Positions 35,962-38,439 of a stretch of 38,439 nucleotides of DNA are shown here, one piece after another. The position numbers were made by a program, and so were the translations under genes. Origin of the DNA: Planctomycetota bacterium (GTDB lineage: Bacteria; Planctomycetota; PLA2; JAEUHO01); contig JBFWRP010000038.1 in NCBI GenBank assembly GCA_050248855.1, positions 1 to 38,439 on the forward strand. Direction: 5' to 3'. The first letter of the stretch is position 1. Each line of letters starts with the position of its first letter. The notes under the pieces are model-generated. The model was not told where the DNA came from, made no database searches, and was given only the letters and a program-made list of their open reading frames with translations.

Positions 35962-36413
35962 GCCACCGCGTGCCCGCTCGCGTAGGGACCGCCGGGGACG
36001 AGATCCAGGCCTCCGTCGCCGTCGCCCACGCCGAGGATCGTGGTGTGCCAGCCGCTCGCCAGGTCGCTCGCCCCGGGCCCGGCGCCGGTCGGACTGCCGA
36101 GCACGGCGATGCCGCCCGCGGTGCCGGAGACGCCGTAGACCGTGCCCTTCACGGGCGCCGCACCCGCGCCCACGATCACCTTCCCGCCCTTCTGGTAGCG
36201 GATCGGCTGGTTGGCGAGTGCGCCGTGGAGAGACACGCCCCTGGCCTTCGCGGCCGCGAGCGAGAGGTTCGCGTCGGCGAGCTTGATCTTCCCGTCTGCG
36301 GCGTCCTCGTAGACGGACTGGCCCGCCGTGATCGTGGCACCGGCGACGCCGGTCCCCTCGACGGCGCCGGCGCCGGCCTTGACCTGGGATGCGGTGATGA
36401 CGAGGTCAGCCAA
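35958..36413 (-). CDS. Gly/Ala-rich virion protein, possible capsid decoration
   Basis: TTG start with GGAGG RBS. AGATITAGQSVY....GK..LAD and YGVS.TAGGI. Confidence 0.65.
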   Translation of the reverse strand: MADLVITASQVKAGAGAVEGTGVAGATITAGQSVYEDAADGKIKLADANLSLAAAKARGVSLHGALANQPIRYQKGGKVIVGAGAAPVKGTVYGVSGTAGGIAVLGSPTGAGPGASDLASGWHTTILGVGDGDGGLDLVPGGPYASGHAVA

Positions 36414-36551
36414 GGGACACCTCCATGGCGGAAGAAGGGAGCAGGCGCGCGCGTCCCGGCTCCGGGGTCCCCTCGGCGGGGAACGCCCCCGACGTCTCCA
36501 GCAGGGATCCGTTCGCCGACGCGTCGCGCCCGGCTCTTGTCTGGTTCGTGC

Positions 36552-37145
36552 TCACGCCGCCTCCGGGATGCGCTCGCCGGCCATGAGCGAGTCGACGCCC
36601 TCGGGCACGATCTCGGGCGCGTTGCCCGCGATCACGGCCTCGCGGTTTCGGTCGTAGTGCGCGACGAGCATGCGCATGGCGTGCAGCAGGTTGGGCGCGG
36701 CGGCGAAGACGTCCGCGGGCTCGTCGCCGAAGCCCGCCTTGAACGTGATCGTCACGGCCTCGCGCTCGTCCTTCGTCGCGGGCCAGGACTTCCCCGAGGC
36801 GAGCCACACGCGCCCGGGGCGGCGGTGCGTGCTGACGAGGTAGGTCGAGGCGTCGAGCGTCTGCTCCACGCCGTCCGGATCGACGTACTTCACCGACTCC
36901 ACGGACTGGAGCGGCGGCATGGGCAGTTCGATCGCGCAGCTGCCCCAGAAGCGGTCGAGCTTGACCTCCACGGTCTGCGTGATGAGGGCGAGTTCGGTGC
37001 CCCGCTCGATCCGCTTCCTGGCCGCCGCCACGAGGGCCTCGACCACGTCGTCCTCTGCGTCCGACGTGACGCGACACCACCGCTTCGCCTCTTCGAGACT
37101 GAGCGGCTCCTTCGCGGGCCCGGCGATGACCTTCCGCGGCAGCAT
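36552..37145 (-). CDS. Head-tail connector (HK97 gp6 / phiE125 gp8-like)
   Basis: P..EPLSLEEAK..CRV...ED......AAR..IE, LITQT, PPLQSV.SVKY.D.DG, LVAHYD.NRE. Confidence 0.9.
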   Translation of the reverse strand: MLPRKVIAGPAKEPLSLEEAKRWCRVTSDAEDDVVEALVAAARKRIERGTELALITQTVEVKLDRFWGSCAIELPMPPLQSVESVKYVDPDGVEQTLDASTYLVSTHRRPGRVWLASGKSWPATKDEREAVTITFKAGFGDEPADVFAAAPNLLHAMRMLVAHYDRNREAVIAGNAPEIVPEGVDSLMAGERIPEAA

Positions 37146-37149
37146 GGGA

Positions 37150-37602
37150 TCAGGCGACGATGTCGGCGGTGAGGCCGTCCTGCGCGAACCGCGGCCCGTG
37201 GCGCACGTAGACGACCACGCCCTCGTCGGTGAGCGTGGCGAACTCCAGGTTAGCGGACACGGCCGCCGGGACCTTCCCCTCGTCGGTGCAGGCCTGGAGC
37301 ACCTCCTCGGCCGTGACCTCCAGCCAGATCTGGTCCCCGACCGCGTCGGGCTCCGCAGCGACGGCGTGCGCCTTCACGATGACGTCGTCGCCCGAGCCGT
37401 CGGCCTTCGTGTTGGCCAGGATGCGGAAGGTGTCCAGCGCCCCCACACCGATCGTGCGGAAGAACCCCACGACGAGCCCGAGGAACGAGTGGAACGGGAC
37501 CCAGTCGACATCGACCGGGTCGGCCGAGTCGGGATCGAAGTCGTAGAGCTTCACCGCGTGGTTCGCGAGGAAGCGGTTCGTGGCCTGGACGCTGACTCCC
37601 AT
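37150..37602 (-). CDS. Phage protein between capsid and connector, hypothetical
   Basis: GGAG RBS, acidic and beta-rich, 150 aa; position typical of capsid accessory proteins. Confidence 0.7.
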   Translation of the reverse strand: MGVSVQATNRFLANHAVKLYDFDPDSADPVDVDWVPFHSFLGLVVGFFRTIGVGALDTFRILANTKADGSGDDVIVKAHAVAAEPDAVGDQIWLEVTAEEVLQACTDEGKVPAAVSANLEFATLTDEGVVVYVRHGPRFAQDGLTADIVA

Positions 37603-37624
37603 GGGTGTCTCCGTTCGCCGCGGG

Positions 37625-38439
37625 TTACGTGTTGATCACGACGAAGGGCGAGAGCGTGTCCGCGCCCTTCTTCGGGGTGAGGGCCGCGCTCCACCACGGG
37701 GCGCCGGCGTTGCGGATCCAGAACTTGAAGATCCGCTCGTGCTCCAGGAACCGAACGTGGATCGACTCCGCGCGCTGCTCTGTCTGGTAGACGGCCTCCA
37801 GGTACTGGGACCAGTTGCCCAGGACCAGGTCGCCCTTCGTGCCCTTGGTCTCGGCGAACTCGGTGAAGAACACCGGACGGCCGAGCAGCATGTCGGGGAC
37901 GTCCTCGCCCCGGGCGGGCGAGAAGAGGAACACGTCGCCGTTGGTCCCGGTGATGTGGGCCTGGGCGAGGTCCTCGTAGGTGTCGTGGTTGGCGAGCCAG
38001 ATCGCCTCGCCGTAGCGCCAGCAGCGCCGGCGGGCCTTGAGGATGTCGGCACCCGCGATGGCGCCGGCGCCCCCGCGCGCGATCCCGACGAGGCACGGGG
38101 AGTTGAGGATCCCCAGGTACTCGCCGATGCCGCTCCCGTAGAGACGCTCGAAGAGGACGCGTGCGGCGAACTCCTCGGCGAAGCCCGCCTCGAGCAGGGC
38201 GGCGAAGCTGATCGGCGAGTCCGCCAGGATCCGTTCGGTGGCGATGGCGACCCCGAAGAGGTCGTCCACGGCCATGCGGATCTTCTCGTACTTCTGGCGG
38301 CTCGCAGCGGCCGCGACCGTCTCGGCCTTGCGCGTGACCATGAGGCCGCCGGAGACGGACGTGCGGTGGTCCTTGTCCACGCGCGCGGGCCACTCGACGA
38401 CCGGCGAGGTCATCGGGATCGAGGTCGTGCGCCCGGCGA
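37625..38439 (-). CDS. Major capsid protein (HK97 fold), 5' part outside the window
   Basis: Frame stays open to the window edge. LLGRPV.FTE, GDLVLGNWSQY, SIHVRF, SPFV motifs. Confidence 0.88.
   Translation of the reverse strand, partial: AGRTTSIPMTSPVVEWPARVDKDHRTSVSGGLMVTRKAETVAAAASRQKYEKIRMAVDDLFGVAIATERILADSPISFAALLEAGFAEEFAARVLFERLYGSGIGEYLGILNSPCLVGIARGGAGAIAGADILKARRRCWRYGEAIWLANHDTYEDLAQAHITGTNGDVFLFSPARGEDVPDMLLGRPVFFTEFAETKGTKGDLVLGNWSQYLEAVYQTEQRAESIHVRFLEHERIFKFWIRNAGAPWWSAALTPKKGADTLSPFVVINT

Larger units (their letters stand above)
15158..38439. mobile_element. Siphovirus-like prophage arm associated with tRNA-Asp; continues past the window end
   Basis: att fragment, integrase, then a contiguous minus-strand capsid, head-tail and tail module. 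Confidence 0.85.

Noticed and set aside
36406..36555. 49-aa ORF coupled to the connector stop
   Set aside because: Low-complexity product with no motif; cannot be told apart from a chance ORF.

Overview
High-GC bacterial DNA split in two by a 3' fragment of tRNA-Asp(GTC) at 15158-15212, which looks like an att core. Left part (1-15157), an accessory island: a four-gene defence operon (Type III Mod, Res, an HNH nuclease, a NucS-like PD-(D/E)xK nuclease), four small orphan genes, and a three-gene cassette flanked by imperfect direct repeats. The cassette encodes an RRE-radical SAM-SPASM enzyme, a Tat-signal protein made of 23 Cys-led repeats with 22 invariant DxxC motifs, and a membrane-anchored partner. 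Right part (15213-38439), a siphovirus-like prophage arm: a tyrosine integrase, a complete TetR + MFP + RND + OMF efflux operon, then on the minus strand two lipoproteins (spanin candidates), tail genes with a -1 frameshift chaperone, head-tail genes and a partial HK97-type major capsid gene. The best candidate for an undescribed system is the radical SAM / Tat-exported DxxC-repeat cassette, which may produce a secreted protein carrying about 22 thioether cross-links. All family calls come from reading motifs by eye; no searches were run.
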